DNA of 64,000 nt from the human T2T-CHM13v2.0 reference genome, Homo sapiens, in the NCBI RefSeq assembly GCF_009914755.1, contig NC_060938.1, one strand, 5' to 3'. Below the pieces are notes generated by a model. It was not told the DNA's origin, made no database searches, and saw only the letters and a list, made by a program, of their open reading frames with translations. The position numbers and the translations under genes are program-made. Shown piece by piece: positions 63,529 through 64,000 of the stretch; position 1 is the stretch's first letter, and each line of letters begins with the position of its first letter.

Positions 63529-64000
63529 TGAGCATGATTTTTATCGAGGATGACACCCAGAATATCAGAGAGCTGGCATCTTTTCTAGCAGAGGTATAGG
63601 CTGTAAAAAAACAAAGAACTTCTTGGCAGGAGTGATTCATAAATTAGATGTGATTTTGGGGAGCTCCTTTTGTAGACTGTTGGTTCTGGAAGTTTCTGTT
63701 GCACCAGAGTGGTTGTGGTTTGTTTAACGGTTCATATGTTATTAGCAAAACTCTTCCAAGATTGCAGAAGCTGCCCAAATCACTCAGTTAGAAAGAACAA
63801 GACATAATGTGGTAACTCCCCCAGAGATCAATCCATGGACTGAACCCATGGCTATGCAGGGCCTGAACAGGTAGAAATCTAGATCAGAGAACTACAATGA
63901 TTAGAGAGGGGGAACAAGGATCATAAGAATAAAGTAGCAGGCAGACTAAGAAGGGTTGGGTTCTATAGATTGTGAGCAGGTTTGTGTAGTTCATTTTACA

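Overview
Hominid (human-like) genomic DNA, recognisable as the chr14q11.2 KLHL33-OSGEP-APEX1-PIP4P1(TMEM55B)-PNP cluster. Four complete protein-coding genes reconstruct exon by exon with GT-AG boundaries and in-frame totals: OSGEP (-, 335 aa), APEX1 (+, 318 aa), PIP4P1 (-, 277/284 aa) and PNP (+, 289 aa). The first coding exon of a BTB-domain gene (KLHL33, -) runs off the left edge. The least obvious element lies at ~2.7-7.8 kb: an intron-containing, decayed gene for a Na+-Cl- cotransporter of the SLC12A3/NCC type, probably the NCC2/SLC12A10 paralogue. About 13 exons survive with NCC-like sizes and phases. It has stops, frameshifts, loss of exons 5-9, 16-17 and 22-26, a second diverged copy of part of exon 12, and Asp at the position of NCC's activating phospho-threonine T60. 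The right 21 kb is gene-free and repeat-rich (Alu, L1, L2, MER50-like LTR, and a solo HERV-H LTR7 nested in an Alu nested in an ERV1 LTR). Gene and repeat names come from recalled sequences, not database searches; repeat boundaries are approximate.
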